Positions 1-9,839 of a stretch of 64,000 nt of DNA are shown in pieces (the first letter of the stretch is position 1; every line of letters begins with the position of its first letter). The notes under the pieces were generated by a model. The model saw nothing but the letters and a program-made list of their open reading frames with translations. It did not search any database and was not told the origin of the DNA. The position numbers were made by a program, and so were the translations under genes. This DNA comes from Escherchia phage Stokescottia. The stretch lies in sequence record OR896820.1; one strand, given 5' to 3'.

Positions 1-630
1 TTAGCAAAAAGATAGTCTTCTGCTTTAACTTCTCGCCAATTGCCTGTGGCTAAATCGCGATGAAATCCTGCATGACCTTGTAGGATTGAGAACACAACAA
101 TACTCCTGTGTTGGAAATGAAATAAGTTTTCTTTAGGACTATTCAGAAAGAATAGAACAACTGTTACTGTCAATTTCTCAACAAATTAATTGCAAATACT
201 GAAGTGGGGTGGCAACTTCCACTTTCACGCTGCGCTGCTGCTTTGCTATACCGCACAAATCCTTGAGGATGGCCGCTAAGCCAGATTTGCTCACCTAATG
301 CTTCATATACTAGCTCATACTAGATGCAATATAACTTACAGAATCACGTCTCGGAGTTTTTCACTCCTCCCGTCTCACTTCACAACCACCTCTATCTAGG
401 TTGCTTCGAGGCCTTACCAGGGTTCCTACGGGACGCAGATCGCTAAGTATTCTATTAACTATTTGTTTAAAAACCAACACGTAACAGTTAAAACAACCCT
501 TAATGGGGCAGCCTAACTGTTCCGTATCGCGGATTGTAAACAAGAAAAATTAGCAAAATCAATTTTTACTAATGTCTCTCATTTATGGGAATATTATACT
601 ATAAAATAATACTCCCTTGCAAATGAAATT

Positions 631-1146
631 TTACTGAATTGATTCCCTACCATATAATTGGCCCCTAAACATCTTGGCCATAGAACATGCAACTTCATAG
701 TTATCATATGTTCCTTTAACTACTCGTTTACGATTAATAGTAAATACTACTTGCCAGTTCTTACTACCAGAAGGGTAAACATGCATTCCTTTCTTATATT
801 TGGTATTTCTTAGATTACCAGTTACTGTCTGATCCCTAAGATTTTCAATACGATCATCGCCTTTTATAGTGTTCTCATGATCTACCAAATCAGGTAAGTA
901 TCCATGATGCATTAAGAAGATAGCTCTGTGTCGGAGCATAGTTCTACTCCCTAGAGAAATACGGTAATAACCATTCCCCGTTGAAACACAACATTCCTTG
1001 CCTGCATTTCTTCCTGTAGTTCTAAATAATTTTCCATCTTCATATCGGAAATTATCTAAAAGTTCTTGTTGTGTGAGCGACATCTTTACCTCCAATACAT
1101 ATATTATTACATAATCCATCCAATTTGTCAATGACAATTTATTCAT
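631..1146 (-). CDS. HNH homing endonuclease (HNH motif plus AP2-like C-terminal DNA-binding region)
   Basis: ORF track; motif LMHHGYLPDLVDHENT...N typical of HNH; C-terminal WQVVF..YDNYEVA resembles AP2 fold; likely true start at 1083 (MSLTQQ). Confidence 0.65.
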   Translation of the reverse strand: MNKLSLTNWMDYVIIYVLEVKMSLTQQELLDNFRYEDGKLFRTTGRNAGKECCVSTGNGYYRISLGSRTMLRHRAIFLMHHGYLPDLVDHENTIKGDDRIENLRDQTVTGNLRNTKYKKGMHVYPSGSKNWQVVFTINRKRVVKGTYDNYEVACSMAKMFRGQLYGRESIQ

Positions 1147-1225
1147 ACTGTCAATTAACTGGAAAGATTAGGTAATAATCCGAGCACTAATAGCCCGGAT
1201 TATAGAGTTCAGCTAATAAAAATCA

Positions 1226-1615
1226 TTAGTCACTTAACCCCGGAACATAGATCCCAACACGGTTTAATTGTTCTTTAGCTTCTTTGAGTATATCTGGAGT
1301 GTACTCCCAAATATCATCTTCCACCTGTAAAAGATGGGGCGAACAACCGTCATCAGGCACACGACATATGGCCAAACCACGTGGATGGAACAAAGAGAAA
1401 TTTAGGGCAACAATTAAACCCATAGCAGACAATTCATTCCAATCCAATTCCCATTCCCCGGCGTATCCAGACAGGAAAATGCCAATGCATGGATCATCTA
1501 TTTGCTGCTCCGGAAAAGTGAAGGAGGCTTGTCTTACCCCCAACCAACGTTGTAGCAGCTTCTCCGCACGTTTCACCAAACTAGGGTCAATCTGACGCCA
1601 ATATACTTGTTCCAT
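1226..1615 (-). CDS. hypothetical protein (paralog of 1625..2053)
   Basis: ORF track; shares ELD.NEL..MGL.ALN..LF.P and C-terminal G.Y.PGL with neighbouring ORF. Confidence 0.5.
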   Translation of the reverse strand: MEQVYWRQIDPSLVKRAEKLLQRWLGVRQASFTFPEQQIDDPCIGIFLSGYAGEWELDWNELSAMGLIVALNFSLFHPRGLAICRVPDDGCSPHLLQVEDDIWEYTPDILKEAKEQLNRVGIYVPGLSD

Positions 1616-1624
1616 CCTGCCTCC

Positions 1625-2053
1625 TTAAGCAGTTAAACCTGGGATCATATACCCGAAACGTCGAAGTTTCTGAATCCCATCATTTACTTCTTCCGGTGAG
1701 TAAGACCAACCATAACGTTCATTAACCTGAAAACCAGGAGATTCACTAGTTTTATAGTTAACAACGAGGCGATGCTTAGCAGGCATAAACAGCTTATAGT
1801 TTAACGCAAAAACTAAGCCCATTTCATCTAACTCTTTCCAGCCGACAATCTCTTCAAGACCCTCCTCTACCTGAACAATTAAACCAATACAGGGGGCCTC
1901 ATCAATATCATCTTTAAAAGCAAAGGAGATTTCGTTATTCTCACACCATATTTTCAAAGAGTTAATAGCCTTATTATACAGGCTAGCTGGGAGAGTACGC
2001 CAAAAGTTAACCAAAATTGGGTTAGCTTCTTTAGAGAATACATTATTAAACAT
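1625..2053 (-). CDS. hypothetical protein (paralog of 1226..1615)
   Basis: ORF track; tandem paralog, same conserved blocks. Confidence 0.5.
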   Translation of the reverse strand: MFNNVFSKEANPILVNFWRTLPASLYNKAINSLKIWCENNEISFAFKDDIDEAPCIGLIVQVEEGLEEIVGWKELDEMGLVFALNYKLFMPAKHRLVVNYKTSESPGFQVNERYGWSYSPEEVNDGIQKLRRFGYMIPGLTA

Positions 2054-2055
2054 AT

Positions 2056-2568
2056 TTACACCTTAAATTGTTGTAGGGCTTTACACATTTCAAGATCTGG
2101 ACTAAATTCTAACATATAGCTAACAGCTTTTAAATCTTGAAGATTTATTCCAGTCCTACCGTTGACTATAACCGTTGGATACTGATACATCATAGCACCC
2201 GCATCGTCAAGCACACACCAATGTTTGAGCCTATGCTTTTCAACGAAGCGAAGAACAGAATTACCCCTAGATAATCCACCCCCGGTAAAATCCGTTGTAC
2301 CAAGAAAACGATCGATAAGGCCTAATCCGGTCATAATCTGAACATTCTCCATCTCATTTCTGACAGAGAACCAAGATGATACTCCAACAATCATTATCGG
2401 GGAAGGACGAATAAAGTCCTGAAAAGCCTTGAGAAGCGGTTTGAAAACCCAGTCACTCCCAAAGAAAATCTTTTCATCATCAGGTGCATGATGGTGGGAG
2501 ATGCTCGAATTGAGCACCCCATCAATGTCTAGAAAAATAATTGGAGTATTACTTATTTCCTGATACAT
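2056..2568 (-). CDS. HAD-superfamily hydrolase/phosphatase-like protein
   Basis: N-terminal FLDIDGVL matches HAD motif I (DxDG[VT]); start overlaps upstream ORF stop. Confidence 0.55.
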   Translation of the reverse strand: MYQEISNTPIIFLDIDGVLNSSISHHHAPDDEKIFFGSDWVFKPLLKAFQDFIRPSPIMIVGVSSWFSVRNEMENVQIMTGLGLIDRFLGTTDFTGGGLSRGNSVLRFVEKHRLKHWCVLDDAGAMMYQYPTVIVNGRTGINLQDLKAVSYMLEFSPDLEMCKALQQFKV

Positions 2569-3364
2569 AAGGTCTATCCCCTAAATGAGCTTCTACACGA
2601 GCAATAAAATCAGGATCACTGAAAGCATCTACCGCACCTTTACTCCAGTAAGGGATACCGCGTTCTTCCAGCTGGTACATCTCACTACGAGTCATACCTT
2701 GATAGCCCGGTTCCACCGCTAGGGCACTATCATAGTAGTTAACAACCATTAGCTTGGCAGCAGTCAAATTAAGAACAGGAAATAATTCCCAGTAGAAATT
2801 AATTACTTGGTTAGAGCAACCAACCACAATGATCATATCTTGACTGGTAATACCATCAAAAATATTGTACATCTCCGCATATGCTGGAGCATGCTCTCCA
2901 AAGAAGATTACATTAGGTTTAACCCATTTATAATCATCTGGATCAATAGAATTGTATCCTACATCAATAATCCGTTTATTGCTACTATTGTAGCTATCAG
3001 CTACAACAACCTCTTTTAAATATCCGTGAATGTGCAGAATGTCACTATGTGAAACGCCAGCACGCTCAATAAGGTCATCAACGTTGGTAGTCAAGTTTAC
3101 TACTTGACCTGGATATTGTTTATACCATTCACCAATACGCAAATGCGCAAGATTGGGTTCAACAGTTTTTAGCTCTTCACGACGCTTGTTGTAAAACATA
3201 TGGGTTTTATGATAAAAATTACCACGAAAGGCATGAATATTACATACTTCTTCTAGATCATAATCATCCCACAGTGCTTTACCACTAGCAGTATCAGTAC
3301 GAAAAGCTCGTACACCACTTTCAACACTCAAACCTGCACCGCTAATAATAATTAATCTACGCAT
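2549..3364 (-). CDS. Sir2-family (sirtuin-like) NAD-dependent protein
   Basis: Motifs ISGAGLSVESGVRAFR, TTNVDDL, HIHG, VVGCS in the canonical Sir2 order. Confidence 0.7.
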   Translation of the reverse strand: MRRLIIISGAGLSVESGVRAFRTDTASGKALWDDYDLEEVCNIHAFRGNFYHKTHMFYNKRREELKTVEPNLAHLRIGEWYKQYPGQVVNLTTNVDDLIERAGVSHSDILHIHGYLKEVVVADSYNSSNKRIIDVGYNSIDPDDYKWVKPNVIFFGEHAPAYAEMYNIFDGITSQDMIIVVGCSNQVINFYWELFPVLNLTAAKLMVVNYYDSALAVEPGYQGMTRSEMYQLEERGIPYWSKGAVDAFSDPDFIARVEAHLGDRPYVSGNK

Positions 3365-3578
3365 TTTTCACCTGTTCTCTGAAGTTTTGCCCAATACTGT
3401 CTAATAGCTCAGCTAATTCTTTATTGCCTTTCTCCATTAAGGTATTAGCAATAACTTCTAGCATAGTAGCGCAGGATTCAACACCATCCTTATAGCCAGT
3501 TTCCCAGTGCTGCATTAATGCGTTTTCCAAAGCGGCGTTTAAACCCTTATCTGGTAGCATCGGCTTCGAGAATGCCAT
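3357..3578 (-). CDS. hypothetical protein
   Basis: ORF track; overlapping start/stop tiling with neighbours. Confidence 0.45.
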   Translation of the reverse strand: MAFSKPMLPDKGLNAALENALMQHWETGYKDGVESCATMLEVIANTLMEKGNKELAELLDSIGQNFREQVKNA

Positions 3579-3750
3579 AAAGTTTCTCCTCTAGTTCCAT
3601 AACACGATTTTCATAAGAGGCACGCAACTTTTCAATTGCCAGCGCACGCACTGTAACCTCATTAGAATTAATAGCTAATTGGGCCAGGTCTTCTGTTTCC
3701 ATACGTCCGTTGTAAATTAAGCGATATTTAAGATGTTTTACGTTTTTCAT
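3547..3750 (-). CDS. hypothetical protein
   Basis: ORF track; tiling with neighbours. Confidence 0.45.
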   Translation of the reverse strand: MKNVKHLKYRLIYNGRMETEDLAQLAINSNEVTVRALAIEKLRASYENRVMELEEKLYGILEADATR

Positions 3751-3959
3751 TCTTGTTCCTCAAACATTTCAATTTCTGCATTAGCAATAGAAAGGGCGGG
3801 CTCAGATAAGCACAATCCCATCCTAGGATCGATCTTCCCTTCGCCAATCCAAGTACTTACTAAACATAATTTAGTTATATCCTCACGGAGAATCGAACCA
3901 TATGCCCCAGAATCCATAATAAAATAGATACGTTCTTTATCTACCTTGTGAACTCTCAT
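3747..3959 (-). CDS. hypothetical protein
   Basis: ORF track; tiling with neighbours. Confidence 0.45.
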   Translation of the reverse strand: MRVHKVDKERIYFIMDSGAYGSILREDITKLCLVSTWIGEGKIDPRMGLCLSEPALSIANAEIEMFEEQE

Positions 3960-4058
3960 AGCTTTCTCCTCTCAAATTTATAAATCAATTATACATAAAT
4001 TTTTGGCTGAAAGCAAATAAAATAAAAGCCAGGTCGACTAGCAACCCGGCTGATTAGC

Positions 4059-5933
4059 TTACTTAGCTCGAATATCCTGATGCTTCACTCTGCCCATCAC
4101 CTCGTGCTGTTTGCCAGGGTTAAATGGACGAGCACCTGGATTTCCAAGATACCCACAAACTCGACGAGTTACTTCAAGAGTTTCGGGGTCATGATTACCA
4201 CAGATAGGGCACTTAAATCCATCTTCGGATGCTATTGTTTCACCTAAGAATCCACATTTACCACAAGAATCCACTGGAGTATTAATACCAAAGTAATGAA
4301 CCTTACTAGCCGCATAATTAATAACCCATTCCAGTGCATCTGGGAATCGTTTCATATCCGGTAGTTCTACATAGGAAATGCACCCACCAGAAGCAATCGG
4401 AGTAAAGTTAGACTCATAATCAAATTTCACGTTAGGAGCAACTTTACGTTCCACATCAAGGTGGTGAGAGTTAGTGTAGTATCCTTTGGACAGAATATCT
4501 TCATGCTCCGGGAAATATTCACGGTCTAGACGACAAAAACGGTCACATAGGGATTCTGATGGTGTAGCATACAGGCTATAGCCTAACTTAGTTTCTTCCT
4601 TCTTCTGATCGACTCTATCCCGCATGTACTGCAATACACGCTGAACAAACTTGATGCAGGTCTCGGACATTGTGTCCACATCTTTGCCAAACATGAACTG
4701 TAGCATTTCATGGCAACCAATATACCCTAGAGATACAGAAGCACGGTTATAGAAATGATCGAATACATATTCATCAGGCTCCAAGCGTAACCCAAAGGCT
4801 CCTGACATATAGAGGATGGGTGCAGCTTTAGCTTGGATGTATTTTAAGCGATCAACTCTCCACTCCAATGCTTTTAACGCTGTATCCACACGTAGCTCAA
4901 GCAAATCAAAGAATAGATCAATATTTCCTTCAGCTTCGATAGCAATTCTAGGCAAGTTTACAGAAACAACACCTAAGTTATTACGACCGGCAGTTTCACC
5001 GTCTTCTGTAGCAGCTAGGAATGAACGGCAGCCCATAGAAACTTTATAGTCTCCAGTAACTTCCACAACCTTATCATAGCTGATATAATCTGGATACATA
5101 CGTTCAGACGTACATTTCATAGCTAACTTCTTGATGTCATAATTAACATCTCCTGGTTTCATGTTAACACCATCACGAAGTACAAATACCAGTTTCGGGA
5201 AGATAGCTGTACGTTTATTGATACCTAAACCATCCATGCGTACTTTCAGTATTGCTTTCTGTACTAGACGTGCTTCCCAAGAAGTTCCTAGACCAAAACC
5301 AAAGGCAATAAAGGGACTCTGACCATTAGAGTTAAACATGGTATTGATTTCATATTCTAAACCCTGACAAGCGTCATAGACTTCTTTTTCAGTCATCTCC
5401 GTAGCCATTACGGATGCTTTGGCTTCATCCTTAGTCCAACGTTTTGCAAACGCATGATTTTTGTCATAGGATTTACGAACATAAGGAGCTAATACTTCAT
5501 CAAGGCGATCTACAGAGGTACCACCATACTGATGGGAGCTAACTTGAGTGATAATCTGAGCAGTAATAGCCGCCGCAGTAGTGATAGAGTTTGGAGTGCT
5601 AATTTCAGCATTACCAACCTTCATACCATTCTTCAACATATCTTCCAGGGCTACCAGACAACAGTTAGTCATGCCTAATGCAGCATAATCAGCATCATGG
5701 AAATGAATATCCCCAATCATATGAGCATTTCGAATCTGAATTGGCATTTCTTCTAGAATTAGATACTTACTCAATTCACCTGCAAGCATATCCCTTTGTG
5801 TAGGGAAACGTTCTGAGGGTTTATTGGCATTATTAAATAACAGTTCTTCATCTGCTGACCCTTCGATAATCTCTTTGCAGTTTCTAATTAATGCCTGCAT
5901 TTCTTTATATTTTAGTTCTTCATTACGATTCAT
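4059..5933 (-). CDS. nrdD: anaerobic ribonucleoside-triphosphate reductase (class III RNR)
   Basis: 624 aa; C-terminal glycyl-radical motif RVCGYLG and Cys-rich zinc ribbon CGKCGF...CPICG. Confidence 0.9.
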   Translation of the reverse strand: MNRNEELKYKEMQALIRNCKEIIEGSADEELLFNNANKPSERFPTQRDMLAGELSKYLILEEMPIQIRNAHMIGDIHFHDADYAALGMTNCCLVALEDMLKNGMKVGNAEISTPNSITTAAAITAQIITQVSSHQYGGTSVDRLDEVLAPYVRKSYDKNHAFAKRWTKDEAKASVMATEMTEKEVYDACQGLEYEINTMFNSNGQSPFIAFGFGLGTSWEARLVQKAILKVRMDGLGINKRTAIFPKLVFVLRDGVNMKPGDVNYDIKKLAMKCTSERMYPDYISYDKVVEVTGDYKVSMGCRSFLAATEDGETAGRNNLGVVSVNLPRIAIEAEGNIDLFFDLLELRVDTALKALEWRVDRLKYIQAKAAPILYMSGAFGLRLEPDEYVFDHFYNRASVSLGYIGCHEMLQFMFGKDVDTMSETCIKFVQRVLQYMRDRVDQKKEETKLGYSLYATPSESLCDRFCRLDREYFPEHEDILSKGYYTNSHHLDVERKVAPNVKFDYESNFTPIASGGCISYVELPDMKRFPDALEWVINYAASKVHYFGINTPVDSCGKCGFLGETIASEDGFKCPICGNHDPETLEVTRRVCGYLGNPGARPFNPGKQHEVMGRVKHQDIRAK

Positions 5934-6183
5934 TATACCCTCCTTCTCTAACTAAGACTACTATTATAACTCATTCGAGGGCGGATGTCAACAATATTTT
6001 ACTATAAAGTTCTGTAACATGATCTGAGTCAAAAAATTTTATTTGCCAACCTCTATTAAAAATTGTATAATCACGCACTCGTGTATGCGATATAAAATGA
6101 TTATCTAGTATCACACATCTCCCGTTAAAAGCAAGCAAATTTTTTATTTAAATGCAATATCATAGGCTTATTTAAAATTGTAG

Positions 6184-6212
6184 TTGCTTTTTACTGTATA
6201 TATTGGTATAAT
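6184..6212 (+). promoter_or_regulatory. sigma70-type early promoter (TTGCTT-N17-TATAAT)
   Basis: -35 6184-6189, -10 6207-6212; member of repeated promoter family. Confidence 0.6.
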
Positions 6213-6285
6213 ATATTTGTAAGTTGATAAACAAGATCTTTTTGTTGATCCTCTGTTAGCGAAGTACACTATAGGAGTGTTATTT

Positions 6286-7038
6286 ATGGGAAAAGCACGT
6301 CAAAAAAGAGAGAACCGCAATGGTTCAAGAAAGCGTGGCAACAAATATGAGAACAACGTAATTCAGGCTGATTTTTCTAATGATTACGCTAATCCAGTTG
6401 CTAAATCCCTAGTAGGTAAAAACCGCGAGCAAAAATCATATATCAATATGATCAAGAACAACACAGTGACTGTGGGTATCGGTGAGCCAGGTACTGGTAA
6501 AACCTTTATTCCGTCCGTTCTTGCAGCTCAGGAACTCGTAGACATTCACTCAGATATTGAGCAGGTGATTCTCGTACGTCCTAATGAACCTCTAGGTAAG
6601 TCTCTTGGTATGCTTCCTGGTGATCTAGCAGAAAAGCTAGAGCCTTGGTTAGAGCCAATAGCTGATGGTATGAAATGGGCCATCGGTGATCATGCCTATA
6701 AGGGATATGTCGAACGTCAGAAAATTAAATTTTTGGCTATCGAACATGCTCGTGGCAGAACTTTCAACAACTCCTATGTAATTGTCGATGAAGCTCAGAA
6801 TATTTCCGTTGAGGCAATGATTTGTCTCCTAACTCGTGTAGGACAAGACTGCCGTTTAATTATCTGCGGAGATATAGCTCAGAAAGACATTAAAGGTGAC
6901 TCAGGTCTAGCACTCCTTATGGAAGTCTATGAGAAATACGAAAATGCCCCATTCTCAATGATCGAATTGATTGATAACGTTCGTTCTGTTGAGTCTAAAG
7001 CATTCTATGATATTTTTAAAGACATGGGGAAGGTGTAA
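6286..7038 (+). CDS. phoH: PhoH-like ATPase
   Basis: Walker A GEPGTGKTF and PhoH-like layout; RBS taggag upstream of ATG at 6286. Confidence 0.85.
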   Translation: MGKARQKRENRNGSRKRGNKYENNVIQADFSNDYANPVAKSLVGKNREQKSYINMIKNNTVTVGIGEPGTGKTFIPSVLAAQELVDIHSDIEQVILVRPNEPLGKSLGMLPGDLAEKLEPWLEPIADGMKWAIGDHAYKGYVERQKIKFLAIEHARGRTFNNSYVIVDEAQNISVEAMICLLTRVGQDCRLIICGDIAQKDIKGDSGLALLMEVYEKYENAPFSMIELIDNVRSVESKAFYDIFKDMGKV

Positions 7039-7039
7039 T

Positions 7040-7282
7040 ATGGGAAACGTCGTTCATCTGAGCCGTAAAACTAAAATACATCGTACTTCACTGAGTGCTG
7101 CTAATATGATTACACGTAAGGAAGGGGAAGAAAGTCCTAAGACAGCCCTAGCGTGGAAAATTGTAACCTCAAATCCAAATAAACCATTCAATTATAACGA
7201 GCTGAGCACCTCCATAGATATTCTATTAAAAGAAGTTGCTAGAGCTAAAGTAATTGAACAAGCTAAAAAGCTAGACTGGTAA
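7040..7282 (+). CDS. hypothetical protein
   Basis: ATG overlaps phoH stop; internal start of ORF 6971..7282. Confidence 0.45.
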   Translation: MGNVVHLSRKTKIHRTSLSAANMITRKEGEESPKTALAWKIVTSNPNKPFNYNELSTSIDILLKEVARAKVIEQAKKLDW

Positions 7283-7402
7283 TATACAGGCCTGGGTATG
7301 AAAATACTCGGGCCTTTTCTATCAGAAAATTTTATTTGCCTAATGACCGATAATAAAGTAGAATATTCCTTAAATCCTGATAACTATAAAAAGGAAAGCC
7401 AA

Positions 7403-9733
7403 ATGAGCCATCGCATTGAAAAAGTAATTAAACGTGACGGTACTGTAGAAGACTTTGCTCCTGAAAAACTCAATGGTTGGGCGGAGTATGGTTGCAAAAC
7501 AGTTGATGTAAGTTGGTCAGCCATTACTATGGCTGCTCAAAAAACTCTGCCTAAAGGGGTTGTAGATTCCGACACTCTGATGGATGCATTAATTAAAGCT
7601 GCTGAAAGTCTTATTAAAGATAATCCAGCATATGATGTGCCAGCAAAGGAGTTACGTCTTGCGCAAATGCGTAAACGCCTTTATGATTCTTTCGAACCAC
7701 CTTCTCTACGCTTCTTCCATGACCATATGGTTAGCGTAGGTGCATGGGAAGACATGAGTGCATGGATTACCGATGAACAATTTGAAGCTCTGAATCAGGT
7801 TATCGACCATGATCGTGATCGTCTTTTTACTAGTGGTGGGCTGAAGCAGTTCTTTGATAAATATTCCCGTCGTAACATAGCCACTGGTGAAATTTATGAA
7901 ACTCCGCAGTTTGCCTACATGGGTATGGCAATGGCGATGCTATCTCAACCTAACTGGACAATTCTAGATGCAATCGACCTCTACAACGCAATGTCACTCC
8001 ACAAAATCAACGTTCCTACGCCGCCATTGGTTGGTCTGCGCTCTAGTGACCGTGGATTTGCTAGTTGCTGCCTCGTGGATTCCACTGACACGTTGGATTC
8101 AATTGACACCGCCGAGCACATCGTCTTCAAAATGGTCGCAGCCAGAGCGGGAATCGGGTATCATCTTGAAAGCCGATCAATTGCTGATCCGGTGCGAAAT
8201 GGGGCATTCCCGCATTCCGGAAAACTGCCATATTATCGACACATTGACCGCTCAGTAAAGGCCAATACTCAGCAAACTCGTGGTGGTTCTGCCACAGTGT
8301 CTTATCCATACTTCGACCCTGAAATCATTCAATTGATGCAGGTTAAGCAACAACGTGCTACAGATGAGAATAAAATCGATAAGATGGATTATTCCCTGAG
8401 CTTTAACAATCTTTTGTTAAAACGTTATCTTAAAAACGAAGATATTACGCTAATGTCATACTTCTATGCTCCAGAAGTTCATGAAGCGTTTTATAGTGAT
8501 GACGAGGCTAAATTTGAAGAAATCTACGTGGCAGCGGAGAAACGTGTGGCATCTCTTACAAAAATCGACCATGAAGGAAAAACAGTTCCTGCAGCTCCTA
8601 AAGTCTCCGCAAAAGAAATCCTAGATACTTGGCTACGTATTCGAATGGAAACAGGACGTATGTACGCTCATCACATCGGGGAATCTAACCGTCACGGTAA
8701 CTTCCTTGATCCGATCCGTATGACAAACCTTTGTGTTGAAATTACTCAGCCTACACGCCCGTTCCATCATATCACGGAACTGTATAAAACAAAAGAACAA
8801 CTCGATCAAATGAAGCCGGAGGATATTGGTGAAGTATCTCTGTGTAACTTAGGTGGTGTTGTACTTGGACGCATGGAATCTCTGGCCGAGTGGGAAAAAA
8901 CCTGCTACATCCTCCTGAAATTCGTTGATACAATTATTGAAATTCAGGATTATCCGTTCCCAACTATGGAATATACTGCTAAGAAACGTCGTAATGTTGG
9001 TATTGGCCTGATGAACGCAGCAGGTGCAATGGCAGCAGAAGGTCTGGCTTATGAAGGTATTGAAGCCCGTAACTGGATTCACCGTGAGGCTGAAAAACTG
9101 TCTTACTTCCTGCATAAAGCCTCTGTACGCCTAGCTAAAGAACAGGGTGCATGTGAGTGGTTTGATCGTACTAAACCATCTAAAGGAATTCTGGTAATCG
9201 ACACGTACAAGAAAACTGTTGATGAACTGGTATCCGTAGGTCTAGAAATGGATTGGGAGTCTCTGCGTGCAGATATTCTGAAATATGGTATGCGTAACTC
9301 TGTTCTGACTGCTCAGATGCCGGGAGAAAGTTCTTCTGTTCTGTTAGGTGTTACTAACTCTATTGAACCGCCTCGTAAGATTGTATCTATCAAAGGTAGT
9401 GCAGTAAATAAAGTAATTGCAATTGCTCCAGGTGCAACCGATTGGGAAACGTTAATGAGCTATAAACTGGCTTATGATGTAGATCGTATCGAGTGGATCA
9501 AGTGGGTAGCAACTATGCAGAAATTCTTCAGTCAGTCTATCAGTACGAATATGTACTATGACTACACCAAGTTTGAGAATGAAATCATTCCTGGCCCAGT
9601 AGTAGTTCGTGATTTCATGACTGCTGTTAAGTATGGGTGGAAAACTTGGTATTATGCTAACTTCAATACCGCAAATGGTGGAGGTGCTGGAGAAGAAGCA
9701 GCCGGTTGTGCATCCGGTGGTTGTACTATTTAA
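7403..9733 (+). CDS. nrdA: ribonucleoside-diphosphate reductase large subunit (class Ia)
   Basis: N-terminal ATP-cone (VIKRDG), catalytic core, C-terminal Cys pair (CASGGC); start at 7403 after RBS aaggaaag. Confidence 0.9.
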   Translation: MSHRIEKVIKRDGTVEDFAPEKLNGWAEYGCKTVDVSWSAITMAAQKTLPKGVVDSDTLMDALIKAAESLIKDNPAYDVPAKELRLAQMRKRLYDSFEPPSLRFFHDHMVSVGAWEDMSAWITDEQFEALNQVIDHDRDRLFTSGGLKQFFDKYSRRNIATGEIYETPQFAYMGMAMAMLSQPNWTILDAIDLYNAMSLHKINVPTPPLVGLRSSDRGFASCCLVDSTDTLDSIDTAEHIVFKMVAARAGIGYHLESRSIADPVRNGAFPHSGKLPYYRHIDRSVKANTQQTRGGSATVSYPYFDPEIIQLMQVKQQRATDENKIDKMDYSLSFNNLLLKRYLKNEDITLMSYFYAPEVHEAFYSDDEAKFEEIYVAAEKRVASLTKIDHEGKTVPAAPKVSAKEILDTWLRIRMETGRMYAHHIGESNRHGNFLDPIRMTNLCVEITQPTRPFHHITELYKTKEQLDQMKPEDIGEVSLCNLGGVVLGRMESLAEWEKTCYILLKFVDTIIEIQDYPFPTMEYTAKKRRNVGIGLMNAAGAMAAEGLAYEGIEARNWIHREAEKLSYFLHKASVRLAKEQGACEWFDRTKPSKGILVIDTYKKTVDELVSVGLEMDWESLRADILKYGMRNSVLTAQMPGESSSVLLGVTNSIEPPRKIVSIKGSAVNKVIAIAPGATDWETLMSYKLAYDVDRIEWIKWVATMQKFFSQSISTNMYYDYTKFENEIIPGPVVVRDFMTAVKYGWKTWYYANFNTANGGGAGEEAAGCASGGCTI

Positions 9734-9742
9734 TAAAAACAA

Positions 9743-9770
9743 GGAGATCTTCGGGTCTCCTTTTTCTTTG
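9743..9770 (+). terminator. rho-independent terminator after nrdA
   Basis: Hairpin GGAGATC-TTCG-GGTCTCC followed by T-run. Confidence 0.65.
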
Positions 9771-9779
9771 AAATTTTAC

Positions 9780-9809
9780 TTGCTAATCGCTACCAGATTT
9801 GCTATAATA
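9780..9809 (+). promoter_or_regulatory. sigma70-type early promoter
   Basis: TTGCTA 9780-9785, TATAAT 9804-9809. Confidence 0.55.
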
Positions 9810-9839
9810 TTCCTGAAATAGTGAGAAAGAGGAAAATCA

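Noticed and set aside
1-150. Partial minus-strand gene running off the left edge of the window
   Set aside because: An open frame exists but has no ATG start (only TTG/GTG candidates) and no recognisable motif; too weak to report as a feature.
7968-9742. Short ORFs inside nrdA on either strand (7968..8258, 8127..8309, 8849..9115, 9452..9742)
   Set aside because: Embedded within a long, motif-bearing coding frame; no independent support.
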